Shown here: piece after piece, positions 63,453-64,000 of the stretch | Numbering within the stretch: position 1 is the first letter of the stretch | Layout of the letters: each line of letters opens with the position of its first letter | From: Phoronis australis | Taxonomy: Eukaryota > Animalia > Phoronida | Length of the DNA stretch: 64,000 nt | Direction: 5' to 3' | Assembly: GCA_002633005.1 (NCBI GenBank) | Contig: NMRA01000366.1 | Coordinates: 184,222-248,221 of the forward strand | Program-made: the position numbers and the translations under genes | The notes under the pieces: model-generated | What the model saw: the letters and a program-made list of their open reading frames with translations, nothing else | What the model was told of the DNA's origin: nothing | Databases searched by the model: none

Positions 63453-64000
63453 GTAAGTGACACACAACGTATAATGCTGGAAATTATTAAAGAGCTGCAA
63501 AATCATGTTTTGTGGAGAGGACAGAGTAGCTAAACGGTGCTATGCACTGCATTCTGGGTAATGACCATCTGCATGACAACTGCAGAGAAGGACCCACAGG
63601 GCTGTCAACTGTTATGAATTGGATCCATATTCTACATGCTTACATGGCCTAATAAATCACTGGATTTTCAAATATTACTGAAGTAAAAGTGATTTTTATA
63701 ATTGTCTCTTTCAATGCGCCAGCTCGGTGAAGATTGAGGCAGGAAGTTTCAGAAAGTGGCAGAAATTGTTGCGGATGCGAGACTCAACCTATAACATGTA
63801 TCCTGAGTTCCAGTGTAGAATGCAATTTGCAAACACAATTTCCTTGTGTTGTTCAATTGTGGTTTTTGTGAAAAATAGCAGTTATGAAAAAATTTAATGA
63901 CTCAGTAAATTCCATTGCGAGTACACACACTGGAACAAACAAATGCAAACAACTTTCACTCGTTCGTTATGCAACCTCAGCAACCGCGAGATCAGAGTTT

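Overview
AT-rich, intron-containing animal genomic DNA. It is probably a marine invertebrate, possibly a lophotrochozoan (inferred from FoxAB and the repeat families). Four host genes lie on the + strand. (1) The last two coding exons of the retinal homeobox gene Rx/Rax (873-987, 2260-2582), with homeodomain helix 3, the Rx motif and the OAR motif. (2) A 395-aa type-I membrane protein in one ORF (7589-8776): signal peptide, TSP1-like, F-type-lectin/FA58C-like, kringle, TM. (3) The forkhead gene FoxAB (29649-30623). (4) The first six coding exons of mitochondrial t6A synthase OSGEPL1/Qri7 (53985-63452), which continues past the window. The rest is rich in DNA-transposon relics: a Kolobok deletion derivative with a decayed THAP gene, an ISL2EU-like deletion derivative (THAP + SWIM), Helentron-type HINE elements carrying arrays of CTCF-like motifs, several MITEs, a tRNA-derived SINE and many tandem repeats. 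The most unusual object is a ~4.7-kb long-TIR element (46241-50978) that keeps two spliced exons encoding a Spindlin (Spin/Ssty) Tudor-like histone-reader domain; the ORF track misses it. No prokaryotic features, CRISPR arrays, rRNA or convincing functional tRNA were seen. All calls come from manual reading, without database searches.
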